Positions 24,206 to 35,632 of a stretch of DNA of 64,000 nt are shown one piece after another. The notes beneath the pieces were generated by a model, which saw nothing but the letters and a program-made list of their open reading frames with translations, was not told the DNA's origin and searched no databases. The first letter of the stretch is position 1; each line of letters starts with the position of its first letter. The stretch is from assembly GCF_054482595.1 (NCBI RefSeq), contig NZ_CM137008.1; one strand, given 5' to 3'. The translations under genes were made by a program, and so were the position numbers.

Positions 24206-24964
24206 TTACTTAATCCCATCCGCGCTCATGCGATCGCGAATATGCTGGGCGCGTTCGGCGGATGCAGGATGGTCGTCAAACATTGAGCTTTGGCGACCTT
24301 CTTCCAGTTTTGCCAGTTTTTCAAAGCTGGTGGCAAGACCTGCCGGGCTGATGCCGCGTTGGCGCAGAAGATCGTAAGAATAATCATCGGCTTCTGCTTC
24401 CTGGCGCTGGGAGAATTGCGAATTAACTAATTTCTCGCCCAGATCACCGAGTTGTGATTGAGATAAACTGCCGACAATCCCGCCCGCAGAGGCCGCAGCT
24501 ACTCGCACGGCATTTGTACCAAGTGCCACCTGCATCCCTTTCTTCACATGGCCTAACGCCACGTGCCCCATTTCGTGACCGATCACCGCTTCGACTTCGT
24601 TATCCGTCATCATATCCATCAGCCCGCTATAGACACGGATACAGCCGTTAGCCATTGCAAAGGCGTTCACATCCTTCGCCATATACACTTTGTAATTTAC
24701 CGGCTGACCGTTGATATTGTTGCCTAGCGCATTGGCAATAGTTGTCAGACGTTTAGCGTATTCGCTATTGGCTGGCGCAATCGTCGCCTTGCTGTCCATC
24801 TCCTGACATGCCTGATCGCTCAGGGTTTTCACCTGCGCATCACTCAAACTGTAAGCCTGAAAAGCTTCCGCTCCTGATGAGAGCAGTCCGTTGGAGTCCA
24901 TATTCTGGCAACCAGTCAGTACCGTTGCCACGCTCATTGCTACCAATAAGGCGCGAATTTTCAT
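24206..24964 (-). CDS. loiP: M48 metalloprotease lipoprotein LoiP (YggG)
   Basis: ORF 24206..25183; start at the internal Met (MKIRALLVAMSVATVLTGCQ...) giving 252 aa; HEMGH zinc motif. Confidence 0.92.
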   Translation of the reverse strand: MKIRALLVAMSVATVLTGCQNMDSNGLLSSGAEAFQAYSLSDAQVKTLSDQACQEMDSKATIAPANSEYAKRLTTIANALGNNINGQPVNYKVYMAKDVNAFAMANGCIRVYSGLMDMMTDNEVEAVIGHEMGHVALGHVKKGMQVALGTNAVRVAAASAGGIVGSLSQSQLGDLGEKLVNSQFSQRQEAEADDYSYDLLRQRGISPAGLATSFEKLAKLEEGRQSSMFDDHPASAERAQHIRDRMSADGIK

Positions 24965-25241
24965 GTTTTTTCTTCCGCACAAGGTCAGGATTATTCTATA
25001 AATGCGCCGTTTGCAGGTGAACCGACGCTCAGTCTCAGTATAAGGAAAAGCGCAGCGGACGGGCGAGTAGATTGCGCAACATGCGAGCATGATCCAGAGA
25101 TTTCTGAAGCGGCAAAAGGATGTTCCATGTACATGACGCGCGGCTTGCGGTAAATTGTTGGCAAATTTTCCGGCGTAGCCCAAAACGCGCTGTCGTCAAG
25201 TCGTTAAGGGCGTGCCCTTCATCATCCGATCTGGAGTCAAA

Positions 25242-27233
25242 ATGTCCTCACGTAAAGAGCTTGCCAATGCTATTCGTGCGCTGAGCATGGACGCAGTACA
25301 GAAAGCCAAATCCGGTCACCCGGGTGCCCCTATGGGTATGGCTGACATTGCCGAAGTCCTGTGGCGTGATTTCCTGAAACACAACCCGCAGAATCCGTCC
25401 TGGGCTGACCGTGACCGCTTCGTGCTGTCCAACGGCCACGGCTCCATGCTGATCTACAGCCTGCTGCACCTCACCGGTTACGATCTGCCGATGGAAGAAC
25501 TGAAAAACTTCCGTCAGCTGCACTCTAAAACTCCGGGCCACCCGGAAGTGGGTTACACCGCTGGTGTGGAAACCACCACCGGTCCGCTGGGGCAGGGTAT
25601 TGCCAACGCAGTAGGTATGGCGATTGCAGAAAAAACGCTGGCGGCGCAGTTTAACCGTCCGGGCCACGACATTGTCGACCACTACACCTACGCCTTCATG
25701 GGCGACGGCTGCATGATGGAAGGCATCTCCCACGAAGTTTGCTCTCTGGCGGGTACGCTGAAGCTGGGTAAACTGATTGCGTTCTACGATGACAACGGTA
25801 TTTCTATCGATGGTCACGTTGAAGGCTGGTTCACCGACGACACCGCAATGCGTTTCGAAGCTTACGGCTGGCACGTTATTCGCGACATCGACGGTCATGA
25901 CGCAGCATCCATCAAACGCGCAGTAGAAGAAGCGCGCGCAGTGACTGACAAACCGTCCCTGCTGATGTGCAAAACCATCATCGGTTTCGGTTCCCCGAAC
26001 AAAGCCGGTACTCACGACTCCCACGGTGCGCCGCTGGGTGATGCAGAAATCGCTCTGACCCGCGAACAGCTGGGCTGGAAATACGCGCCGTTCGAAATCC
26101 CGTCTGAAATCTATGCGCAGTGGGATGCGAAAGAAGCAGGCCAGGCGAAAGAATCTGCATGGAACGAGAAATTCGCTGCTTACGCGAAAGCTTATCCGCA
26201 AGAAGCCGCTGAATTTACCCGCCGTATGAAAGGCGAAATGCCGTCTGACTTCGACGCAAAAGCGAAAGAGTTCATTGCTAAACTGCAGGCTAATCCGGCG
26301 AAAATCGCCAGCCGTAAAGCGTCTCAGAATGCTATTGAAGCGTTCGGCCCGCTGTTGCCGGAATTCCTCGGCGGCTCCGCTGACCTGGCACCGTCTAACC
26401 TGACCCTGTGGTCTGGTTCTAAAGCAATCAACGAAGATGCTGCGGGTAACTACATCCACTACGGTGTTCGCGAGTTCGGTATGACCGCGATTGCTAACGG
26501 TATCTCCCTGCACGGTGGCTTCCTGCCGTACACATCCACCTTCCTGATGTTTGTCGAATACGCACGTAACGCCGTACGTATGGCTGCGCTGATGAAACAG
26601 CGTCAGGTGATGGTTTACACCCACGACTCCATCGGTCTGGGCGAAGACGGCCCGACTCACCAGCCGGTTGAGCAGGTCGCTTCTCTGCGCGTGACCCCGA
26701 ACATGTCTACATGGCGTCCGTGTGACCAGGTTGAATCTGCAGTAGCGTGGAAATACGGCGTTGAGCGTCAGGACGGCCCGACCGCGCTGATCCTCTCCCG
26801 TCAGAACCTGGCGCAGCAGGAACGTACTGAAGAGCAGCTGGCAAACATCGCGCGCGGTGGTTATGTGCTGAAAGACTGTGCCGGCCAGCCGGAACTGATC
26901 TTCATCGCTACTGGTTCTGAAGTTGAACTGGCTGTCGCTGCATACGAAAAACTGACTGCCGAAGGCGTGAAAGCGCGCGTGGTTTCCATGCCGTCTACCG
27001 ACGCATTCGACAAGCAGGACGCGGCTTACCGTGAGTCTGTACTGCCTAAAGCGGTTACTGCACGCGTTGCGGTGGAAGCGGGTATTGCTGACTACTGGTA
27101 CAAGTATGTTGGCCTGAATGGCGCTATCATCGGTATGACCACCTTCGGTGAGTCAGCTCCGGCAGAGTTGCTGTTCGAAGAGTTCGGCTTCACCGTCGAC
27201 AACGTCGTTGCGAAAGCAAAAGAACTGCTGTAA
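25242..27233 (+). CDS. tktA: Transketolase 1
   Basis: ORF 25212..27233; start at [41 protein letters not shown]... giving 663 aa. Confidence 0.97.
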   Translation: MSSRKELANAIRALSMDAVQKAKSGHPGAPMGMADIAEVLWRDFLKHNPQNPSWADRDRFVLSNGHGSMLIYSLLHLTGYDLPMEELKNFRQLHSKTPGHPEVGYTAGVETTTGPLGQGIANAVGMAIAEKTLAAQFNRPGHDIVDHYTYAFMGDGCMMEGISHEVCSLAGTLKLGKLIAFYDDNGISIDGHVEGWFTDDTAMRFEAYGWHVIRDIDGHDAASIKRAVEEARAVTDKPSLLMCKTIIGFGSPNKAGTHDSHGAPLGDAEIALTREQLGWKYAPFEIPSEIYAQWDAKEAGQAKESAWNEKFAAYAKAYPQEAAEFTRRMKGEMPSDFDAKAKEFIAKLQANPAKIASRKASQNAIEAFGPLLPEFLGGSADLAPSNLTLWSGSKAINEDAAGNYIHYGVREFGMTAIANGISLHGGFLPYTSTFLMFVEYARNAVRMAALMKQRQVMVYTHDSIGLGEDGPTHQPVEQVASLRVTPNMSTWRPCDQVESAVAWKYGVERQDGPTALILSRQNLAQQERTEEQLANIARGGYVLKDCAGQPELIFIATGSEVELAVAAYEKLTAEGVKARVVSMPSTDAFDKQDAAYRESVLPKAVTARVAVEAGIADYWYKYVGLNGAIIGMTTFGESAPAELLFEEFGFTVDNVVAKAKELL

Positions 27234-27248
27234 TTAGCATTTCGGGTA

Positions 27249-27277
27249 AAAAGGTCGCTTCGGCGACCTTTTTTATT
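27249..27277 (+). terminator. Intrinsic terminator of tktA
   Basis: aaaaggtcgc-ttcg-gcgacctttt followed by a T run. Confidence 0.8.
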
Positions 27278-27546
27278 ACCTTGATATGTCCGTTTGCGGA
27301 CAAGCAATAGATAAAGCGTGTTGTAGATCACAAATATTTATATGCAATAAATATCAATTATGTAATATGCATCACGATATGCGTGTTGACATTTGTTGTT
27401 ATATCTATAACTCAATGTTATATAAGAAATTAATAATTCACTGTTTTCAAAACACCGGTTTCCCTGCTCAATTGCTTTCATTAAACCGCACGAGTATTTT
27501 ATTTTTACCGCCGGACGGTACCCTAAAAATAAAATAAGGATAATTT

Positions 27547-27990
27547 ATGCGGCTTAGTGATTATTTTCCAGAATCATCAATCTCAGTTATACATTCAGCA
27601 AAAGATTGGCAGGAAGCTATCGATTTCTCGATGGTATCATTGTTGGATAAAAACTATATCAGCGAGATTTACATTCAGGCAATTAAAGATTCCACCATTA
27701 ACAATGGCCCTTATTATATTCTCGCACCAGGCGTGGCAATGCCTCATGCGCGACCGGAATGTGGGGCGCTTAAAACCGGGATGTCTTTGACATTACTTGA
27801 ACAAGGTGTTTATTTTCCGGGGAATGACGAACCAATTAAATTACTCATCGGACTCTCTGCTGCCGATGCCGATTCGCACATTGGCGCTATTCAGGCGTTA
27901 AGTGAATTACTGTGCGAAGAAGAAATACTCGAACAACTCTTAACAGCATCATCAGAAAAACAATTAGCGGACATTATCAGCCGCGGATAA
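27547..27990 (+). CDS. cmtB: PTS mannitol-family EIIA component (cryptic)
   Basis: 147-aa ORF matching CmtB; preceded by a 270-bp strongly AT-rich region. Confidence 0.9.
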   Translation: MRLSDYFPESSISVIHSAKDWQEAIDFSMVSLLDKNYISEIYIQAIKDSTINNGPYYILAPGVAMPHARPECGALKTGMSLTLLEQGVYFPGNDEPIKLLIGLSAADADSHIGAIQALSELLCEEEILEQLLTASSEKQLADIISRG

Positions 27991-28017
27991 TTACTCTCTC
28001 CTCTACAGGATAATATT

Positions 28018-29406
28018 ATGGAAAACAAGTCTGCTCGTGCAAAGGTCCAGGCTTTTGGGGGCTTTTTGACTGCAATGGTCATCCCCAATATTGGTGCTTT
28101 TATTGCCTGGGGTTTTATTACTGCGTTATTTATTCCCACCGGTTGGCTGCCTAACGAACATTTCGCCAAAATTGTCGGCCCGATGATTACCTATTTATTG
28201 CCCGTGATGATTGGTTCTACCGGTGGTCATCTGGTCGGCGGTAAACGCGGCGCGGTCATGGGCGGAATAGGTACTATTGGTGTGATCGTCGGCGCAGAGA
28301 TCCCGATGTTCCTTGGCTCAATGATTATGGGGCCGCTCGGTGGTCTGGTCATAAAATATGTTGATAAGGCACTGGAAAAACGCATACCTGCCGGTTTTGA
28401 GATGGTTATCAATAACTTCTCATTAGGTATCGCGGGGATGCTCCTTTGTCTGCTGGGTTTTGAAGTGATCGGCCCGGCGGTGTTAATTGCCAATACTTTC
28501 GTCAAAGAGTGTATCGAGGCGCTGGTACATGCGGGTTATCTGCCTCTGCTGTCAGTCATCAATGAACCGGCGAAAGTGCTTTTCCTTAATAATGCGATCG
28601 ATCAGGGCGTCTATTATCCGCTGGGAATGCAACAGGCTTCGGTTAACGGTAAATCCATCTTCTTTATGGTGGCCTCTAACCCAGGTCCGGGCCTGGGGCT
28701 GCTGCTGGCGTTTACCTTGTTTGGTAAAGGGATGAGTAAACGTTCTGCGCCCGGGGCGATGATTATTCACTTCCTCGGTGGGATCCACGAACTGTATTTC
28801 CCATATGTGCTGATGAAGCCGCTGACTATTATTGCCATGATTGCGGGCGGTATGTCTGGCACCTGGATGTTTAACTTACTGGACGGTGGTCTGGTGGCTG
28901 GCCCAAGTCCGGGGTCTATCTTTGCTTACCTGGCGCTGACGCCGAAAGGTTCGTTCCTGGCGACAATTGCCGGTGTTACGGTAGGTACCCTGGTGTCCTT
29001 TGCTATCACTTCGCTGATACTGAAGATGGAAAAAACGGTGGAAACGGAGAGCGAAGATGAGTTTGCTAAGTCAGCCAATGCGGTTAAGGCGATGAAACAA
29101 GAGGGTGCATTCTCGTTAAGCAGGGTTAAGCGTATCGCCTTTGTTTGCGATGCGGGGATGGGCTCCAGTGCGATGGGCGCGACCACCTTCCGTAAACGCC
29201 TGGAAAAAGCGGGGCTGGCAATTGAAGTAAAACATTACGCCATAGAAAACGTGCCTGCGGATGCGGATATCGTCGTTACTCATGCCAGTCTGGAAGGGCG
29301 CGTGAAACGTGTGACGGATAAACCACTGATATTGATTAATAACTATATTGGCGATCCAAAACTCGACACTTTATTTAATCAATTAACCGCCGAACATAAA
29401 CACTGA
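28018..29406 (+). CDS. cmtA: PTS mannitol-family EIICB component (cryptic)
   Basis: 462-aa ORF: hydrophobic EIIC domain plus C-terminal EIIB (FVCDAGMGSSAMG). Confidence 0.92.
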   Translation: MENKSARAKVQAFGGFLTAMVIPNIGAFIAWGFITALFIPTGWLPNEHFAKIVGPMITYLLPVMIGSTGGHLVGGKRGAVMGGIGTIGVIVGAEIPMFLGSMIMGPLGGLVIKYVDKALEKRIPAGFEMVINNFSLGIAGMLLCLLGFEVIGPAVLIANTFVKECIEALVHAGYLPLLSVINEPAKVLFLNNAIDQGVYYPLGMQQASVNGKSIFFMVASNPGPGLGLLLAFTLFGKGMSKRSAPGAMIIHFLGGIHELYFPYVLMKPLTIIAMIAGGMSGTWMFNLLDGGLVAGPSPGSIFAYLALTPKGSFLATIAGVTVGTLVSFAITSLILKMEKTVETESEDEFAKSANAVKAMKQEGAFSLSRVKRIAFVCDAGMGSSAMGATTFRKRLEKAGLAIEVKHYAIENVPADADIVVTHASLEGRVKRVTDKPLILINNYIGDPKLDTLFNQLTAEHKH

Positions 29407-29420
29407 TTACAGAGATAAAA

Positions 29421-30698
29421 ATGAAAACCAAAGTTGCTGCTATTTATGGCAAGCGGGATGTCCGTCTGCGCGAATTTGAACTGCCAGAAATTACCGATAA
29501 TGAATTACTGGTGAGTGTGATTTCTGACAGCGTCTGTTTATCCACCTGGAAAGCGGCGTTACTCGGTAGTGAACATAAACGCGTACCCGACGATTTAGAA
29601 AATCATCCGGTCATTACCGGGCATGAATGTGCCGGGGTTATTGTCGAAGTGGGTAAAAATCTCACTGGCAAATATAAAAAAGGCCAGCGTTTTGTATTGC
29701 AACCGGCGATGGGGTTACCAAGCGGATATTCAGCGGGCTACAGCTACGAATATTTTGGCGGCAATGCCACTTATATGATTATTCCCGAAATCGCCATTAA
29801 TTTGGGCTGCGTATTACCGTATCACGGCTCTTATTTTGCTGCGGCGTCGCTGGCAGAGCCTATGTGCTGCATTATTGGTGCTTATCATGCCAATTATCAC
29901 ACCACGCAATATGTTTATGAGCATCGCATGGGCGTCAAACCTGGCGGCAATATTGCACTGCTGGCGTGTGCAGGTCCGATGGGCATTGGCGCTATCGATT
30001 ACGCCATTAACGGCGGCATACAACCGTCGCGGGTGGTGGTGGTCGATATCGACGACAAACGTCTGGCGCAGGTACAGAAGCTGCTGCCGGTGGAACTGGC
30101 GGCCAGTAAAGGCATTGAGCTGGTGTATGTGAATACCAAAGGGATGAGCGATCCTGTCCAGATGCTGCGGGCGCTGACAGGAGATGCCGGGTTCGATGAC
30201 ATTTTTGTTTATGCGGCGGTGCCTGCTGTCGTTGAGATGGCTGATGAATTACTGGCGGAAGATGGCTGTCTGAACTTCTTTGCCGGGCCGACGGATAAAA
30301 ACTTCAAAGTGCCGTTTAATTTCTACAACGTTCATTACAACAGCACGCACGTCGTCGGTACATCCGGCGGTTCAACGGACGACATGAAAGAGGCGATTGC
30401 CCTTAGCGCCACTAGGCAGTTACAGCCGTCGTTTATGGTGACCCATATCGGTGGCCTGGATGCGGTGCCAGAAACCGTGCTCAATCTGCCGGATATCCCT
30501 GGCGGTAAAAAACTCATTTATAACGGCGTGACCATGCCGCTCACTGCCATTGCCGATTTTGCCGAAAAAGGCAAAACCGATCCGCTGTTTAAAGAGTTGG
30601 CGCGGCTGGTTGAGGAAACGCACGGCATCTGGAATGAACAGGCCGAGAAATATCTGCTGGCACAATTTGGCGTTGATATCGGGGAGGCCGCGCAATGA
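29421..30698 (+). CDS. yggP: Zinc-type alcohol/polyol dehydrogenase family protein YggP
   Basis: 425-aa ORF of medium-chain dehydrogenase type (GHECAGVIVEVG; GAGPMGIGAIDYA Rossmann motif). Confidence 0.9.
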   Translation: MKTKVAAIYGKRDVRLREFELPEITDNELLVSVISDSVCLSTWKAALLGSEHKRVPDDLENHPVITGHECAGVIVEVGKNLTGKYKKGQRFVLQPAMGLPSGYSAGYSYEYFGGNATYMIIPEIAINLGCVLPYHGSYFAAASLAEPMCCIIGAYHANYHTTQYVYEHRMGVKPGGNIALLACAGPMGIGAIDYAINGGIQPSRVVVVDIDDKRLAQVQKLLPVELAASKGIELVYVNTKGMSDPVQMLRALTGDAGFDDIFVYAAVPAVVEMADELLAEDGCLNFFAGPTDKNFKVPFNFYNVHYNSTHVVGTSGGSTDDMKEAIALSATRQLQPSFMVTHIGGLDAVPETVLNLPDIPGGKKLIYNGVTMPLTAIADFAEKGKTDPLFKELARLVEETHGIWNEQAEKYLLAQFGVDIGEAAQ

Positions 30699-31660
30699 TG
30701 TCCCTGGCGTGGCCATTATTTCGCGTTACGGAACAGGCAGCGTTGGCTGCCTGGCCGCAAACCGGATGTGGCGACAAAAATAAAATTGATGGCCTGGCGG
30801 TCACCGCGATGCGCCAGGCATTAAACGACGTCGCTTTTCGTGGACGAGTGGTTATCGGCGAAGGAGAAATTGACCATGCGCCGATGCTGTGGATTGGCGA
30901 AAAGGTGGGCAAAGGCGATGGGCCAGAAGTCGATATCGCGGTTGACCCGATCGAAGGCACGCGGATGGTAGCGATGGGGCAGAGCAATGCGTTGGCGGTC
31001 ATGGCTTTCGCCCCTCGAGATAGCCTGTTACATGCGCCCGATATGTATATGAAAAAGCTGGTTGTTAATCGACTGGCTGCCGGGGCGATTGATCTGTCTT
31101 TGCCTCTGGCGGACAACTTGCGTAACGTGGCGCGGGCGTTAGGTAAACCGCTGGACAAGCTGCGCATGGTTACGCTGGATAAACCGCGTCTGAGTGCCGC
31201 GATTGAAGAAGCAACACAGCTGGGCGTGAAGGTTTTTGCCCTGCCGGATGGCGATGTTGCCGCCAGCGTGCTGACCTGCTGGCAGGATAATCCTTACGAT
31301 GTGATGTACACCATCGGCGGTGCGCCGGAAGGCGTGATTTCTGCCTGTGCCGTTAAAGCATTAGGCGGGGATATGCAGGCCGAGCTGATTGACTTTTGTC
31401 AGGCTAAAGGGGATTACACGGAAAATCGGCAGATTGCAGAGCAGGAGCGCAAGCGTTGCAAGGCAATGGGCGTTGACGTTAACCGTGTGTACTCGCTCGA
31501 TGAACTGGTGAGGGGGAACGATATCCTCTTTAGCGCTACGGGCGTGACGGGCGGTGAGCTGGTGAACGGTATCCAACAGACGGCGAATGGGGTGCGGACG
31601 CAGACATTACTGATCGGCGGCGCGGACCAAACGTGTAATATAATAGACTCCCTGCATTGA
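30695..31660 (+). CDS. yggF: Class II (GlpX-like) fructose-1,6-bisphosphatase YggF
   Basis: 321-aa ORF matching the GlpX paralog YggF; 4-bp overlap with yggP. Confidence 0.9.
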   Translation: MMSLAWPLFRVTEQAALAAWPQTGCGDKNKIDGLAVTAMRQALNDVAFRGRVVIGEGEIDHAPMLWIGEKVGKGDGPEVDIAVDPIEGTRMVAMGQSNALAVMAFAPRDSLLHAPDMYMKKLVVNRLAAGAIDLSLPLADNLRNVARALGKPLDKLRMVTLDKPRLSAAIEEATQLGVKVFALPDGDVAASVLTCWQDNPYDVMYTIGGAPEGVISACAVKALGGDMQAELIDFCQAKGDYTENRQIAEQERKRCKAMGVDVNRVYSLDELVRGNDILFSATGVTGGELVNGIQQTANGVRTQTLLIGGADQTCNIIDSLH

Positions 31661-31681
31661 TGGTGATCTATCGGAAGACCA

Positions 31682-32191
31682 ATGGCGACGCTGACAGAAG
31701 ATGATGTGCTTGAGCAACTGGATGCACAGGACAATTTATTTTCATTTATGAAAACTGCGCATTCTATTTTGCTCCAGGGGATACGCCAGTTTCTGCCGTC
31801 GCTGTTTGTCGATAACGATGAAGAGATCGTGGAATATGCAGTGAAGCCGTTACTCGCCCAAAGCGGCCCGCTTGACGATATTGATGTTGCGCTGCGTTTG
31901 ATTTATGCGCTGGGGAAAATGGATAAATGGCTGTACGCCGATATCACGCATTTTTCCCAGTTCTGGCATTACCTGAACGAACAGGATGAAGCGCCCGGAT
32001 TTGCCGATGACATGACCTGGGATTTTATCAGCAACGTCAATAGCATAACCCGCAATGCGATGCTCTATGACGCGTTAAAAGCGATGAAGTTCGCTGATTT
32101 CGCCGTCTGGTCAGAGGCGCGTTTTAGCGGGATGGTCAAAACGGCGCTGACGCTGGCAGTAACGACCACCTTAAAGGAATTAACGCCGTGA
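31682..32191 (+). CDS. fumE: MtlR-family protein YggD (annotated as fumarase E in K-12)
   Basis: 169-aa ORF matching YggD (MATLTEDDVLEQLDAQDNLFSFMKTAHSILLQG...). Confidence 0.85.
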   Translation: MATLTEDDVLEQLDAQDNLFSFMKTAHSILLQGIRQFLPSLFVDNDEEIVEYAVKPLLAQSGPLDDIDVALRLIYALGKMDKWLYADITHFSQFWHYLNEQDEAPGFADDMTWDFISNVNSITRNAMLYDALKAMKFADFAVWSEARFSGMVKTALTLAVTTTLKELTP

Positions 32192-32901
32192 AAATTGAAT
32201 TAACGGTGAATGGGCTGAACGTGCAAGCGCAGTACCATGATGAAGAGATAGAACGCGTGCATAAACCGTTGCTGCGTATGCTGGCGGCCTTACAGACGGT
32301 AAATCCGCAGCGCCGAACCGTGGTTTTTCTTTGCGCTCCGCCGGGGACGGGTAAATCTACCCTAACCACCTTCTGGGCATATCTCGCGCAACAAGACCCG
32401 GAGCTGCCCGCTATTCAGACGCTCCCGATGGATGGTTTTCACCATTACAATAGCTGGCTGGATGCGCATCAATTGCGCCCCTTCAAAGGCGCACCAGAGA
32501 CATTTGACGTAGCGAAACTGGCGGAAAATCTGCGCCAGGTCGTGGAAGGGGATTGTACGTGGCCGCAGTATGATCGACAAAAGCATGATCCTGTTGAAGA
32601 TGCGTTGCACGTTACCGCACCACTCGTCATCGTCGAAGGAAACTGGCTATTACTGGATGATGAAAAGTGGCTGGAGTTGGCATCTTTCTGCGATTTTTCT
32701 ATTTTTATTCATGCACCTGCTCAAATTCTGCGGGAGCGCTTGATTAGTCGTAAAATTGCGGGAGGATTATCGCGGCAAGAAGCCGAAGCATTTTATGCCC
32801 GAACCGATGGCCCCAATGTCGAGCGTGTGCTGATGAATAGTCGTCAGGCCAATCTGATAGTAGAGATGACTGAAGAAGGCCGGTATCACTTCACAAGCTG
32901 A
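32188..32901 (+). CDS. yggC: P-loop nucleoside/sugar kinase-like protein YggC (GTG start)
   Basis: 237-aa ORF with Walker A (CAPPGTGKST); 4-bp overlap with the upstream gene. Confidence 0.88.
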   Translation: MKIELTVNGLNVQAQYHDEEIERVHKPLLRMLAALQTVNPQRRTVVFLCAPPGTGKSTLTTFWAYLAQQDPELPAIQTLPMDGFHHYNSWLDAHQLRPFKGAPETFDVAKLAENLRQVVEGDCTWPQYDRQKHDPVEDALHVTAPLVIVEGNWLLLDDEKWLELASFCDFSIFIHAPAQILRERLISRKIAGGLSRQEAEAFYARTDGPNVERVLMNSRQANLIVEMTEEGRYHFTS

Positions 32902-33185
32902 CAATTTATTCCAGTTATTGCAGGGTTATTATTACGCCAGCCTGGAATAAAGCTTCCCACAAAAGGGGATAAAAGTGTGATGTGAGTCAGATAAATGTCT
33001 TCTTTGACTGGACAATCATTCCTTTTATTCCACGTTTCGCTTATCCTAGCTGAAGCGTTTCAGTCGATTAAATGTTCGACAATTAACCAATCAGTCGCAG
33101 TTTGCGACAGGTAAGGTTTCCCCGGACGATTTGCTGGATTACTCTGTCTGGCAAATTTGCTCAGGGAAAACCTTGCAGGAGATCT

Positions 33186-34205
33186 ATGACCGTACGCGTA
33201 GCGATAAATGGCTTCGGTCGCATCGGGCGTAATGTGGTTCGTGCTTTGTATGAATCCGGACGCCGGGCGGAAATTACCGTGGTGGCAATCAACGAACTGG
33301 CGGATGCTGCGGGCATGGCGCATTTGTTGAAATACGACACCAGCCATGGCCGTTTTGCATGGGAAGTACGACAGGAACGCGATCAACTTTTTGTTGGTGA
33401 TGACGCCATCCGCGTATTGCATGAACGTTCACTGCAATCGCTCCCCTGGCGTGAACTTGGCGTTGATGTAGTCCTCGACTGCACCGGCGTATATGGCTCC
33501 CGCGAGCATGGCGAAGCGCACATTGCCGCCGGGGCTAAAAAAGTGCTCTTTTCACATCCTGGCAGTAACGATCTCGACGCGACCGTTGTTTACGGCGTCA
33601 ATCAGGATCAACTTCGTTCGGAACACCGCATCGTTTCTAACGCTTCCTGTACCACGAATTGCATAATTCCCGTCATCAAATTGTTAGATGATGCGTACGG
33701 TATTGAGTCCGGCACTGTGACCACAATTCACTCCGCCATGCACGATCAACAGGTTATTGATGCATACCATCCTGACCTGCGTCGCACCCGGGCAGCCAGC
33801 CAGTCGATCATTCCGGTCGATACTAAACTGGCCGCCGGTATCACACGATTTTTTCCGCAATTTAACGATCGCTTTGAAGCGATTGCGGTACGTGTGCCAA
33901 CCATAAATGTGACGGCAATCGATTTAAGCGTGACGGTGAAGAAACCTGTAAAAGCCAATGAAGTCAACCTGTTGCTGCAAAAAGCAGCACAAGGTGCATT
34001 TCATGGTATAGTTGACTATACGGAATTGCCGTTGGTCTCTGTAGATTTTAACCACGATCCGCACAGTGCCATTGTCGATGGCACCCAAACCCGGGTCAGT
34101 GGCGCACACCTGATCAAAACGTTGGTCTGGTGCGATAACGAATGGGGCTTTGCTAACCGAATGCTCGACACGACGTTAGCTATGGCTACTGTTGCTTTCA
34201 GGTAA
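33186..34205 (+). CDS. epd: D-erythrose-4-phosphate dehydrogenase
   Basis: ORF 33102..34205; start at [27 protein letters not shown]... giving 339 aa, GAPDH family. Confidence 0.95.
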
Positions 34206-34254
34206 GACGCAAGCAGCGTCTGCAAAACTTTTAGAATCAACGAGAGGATTCACC

Positions 34255-35418
34255 ATGTCTGTAATTAAGATGACCGATCTGGATCTTGCTGGGAAACGTG
34301 TATTTATCCGTGCGGATCTGAACGTACCAGTAAAAGACGGGAAAGTAACCAGCGACGCGCGTATCCGTGCTTCTCTGCCGACCATCGAACTGGCCCTGAA
34401 ACAAGGCGCAAAAGTGATGGTAACTTCCCACCTGGGTCGTCCTACCGAAGGCGAGTACAACGAAGAATTCTCTCTTCTGCCGGTTGTTAACTACCTGAAA
34501 GACAAACTGTCTAACCCGGTTCGTCTGGTTAAAGATTACCTCGACGGCGTTGACGTTGCTGAAGGTGAACTGGTTGTTCTGGAAAACGTTCGCTTCAACA
34601 AAGGCGAGAAGAAAGACGACGAAACCCTGTCCAAAAAATACGCTGCACTGTGTGACGTGTTCGTAATGGACGCATTCGGTACTGCTCACCGCGCGCAGGC
34701 TTCTACTCACGGTATCGGTAAATTCGCTGACGTTGCGTGCGCAGGCCCGCTGCTGGCAGCTGAACTGGACGCGCTGGGTAAAGCACTGAAAGAACCTGCT
34801 CGCCCGATGGTGGCTATCGTTGGTGGTTCTAAAGTATCTACCAAACTGACCGTTCTGGACTCCCTGTCTAAAATCGCTGACCAGCTGATTGTTGGTGGTG
34901 GTATCGCTAACACCTTTATCGCGGCACAAGGCCACGATGTGGGTAAATCCCTGTACGAAGCTGACCTGGTTGACGAAGCAAAACGTCTGCTGACCACCTG
35001 CAACATCCCGGTTCCGTCTGATGTTCGCGTAGCAACCGAGTTCTCTGAAACCGCTCCGGCTACCCTGAAATCTGTTAACGACGTGAAAGCTGACGAGCAG
35101 ATCCTGGATATCGGTGATGCTTCCGCTCAGGAACTGGCTGAAATCCTGAAGAATGCGAAAACCATTCTGTGGAACGGTCCGGTTGGCGTGTTCGAATTCC
35201 CGAACTTCCGCAAAGGTACTGAAATCGTGGCTAACGCTATCGCAGACAGCGAAGCGTTCTCCATCGCTGGCGGCGGCGACACTCTGGCAGCAATCGACCT
35301 GTTCGGCATTGCTGACAAAATCTCCTACATCTCCACTGGCGGCGGCGCATTCCTCGAATTCGTGGAAGGTAAAGTACTGCCTGCAGTAGCGATGCTCGAA
35401 GAGCGCGCTAAGAAGTAA
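34255..35418 (+). CDS. pgk: Phosphoglycerate kinase
   Basis: ORF 34192..35418; start at [25 protein letters not shown]... giving 387 aa. Confidence 0.97.
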
Positions 35419-35632
35419 AAAATCACAGGGCAGGGAAACCTGCCCTTGTTTCAGCGCGCTTTTAGAGCACGCATTTTTTCATACTCTAAATAATTCGAGT
35501 TGCAGGAAGGCGACAAGAGAGTGAATCCCCAGGAGCTTACATAAGTAAGTGACTGGGGTGAGCGAACGCAGACGCAGCACATGCAACTTGAAGTATGACG
35601 AGTATAAGGCCCGACGATACAGGACAAGAGAC

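Noticed and set aside
25248-26660. 470-aa minus-strand ORF antisense to tktA
   Set aside because: Overlaps transketolase; Arg/Val-rich composition typical of spurious antisense frames
27378-27412. TTGACA ... TATAAC promoter-like hexamers upstream of cmtB
   Set aside because: The spacer between the hexamers is about 14 nt, too short for a standard sigma-70 promoter; left as part of the AT-rich leader
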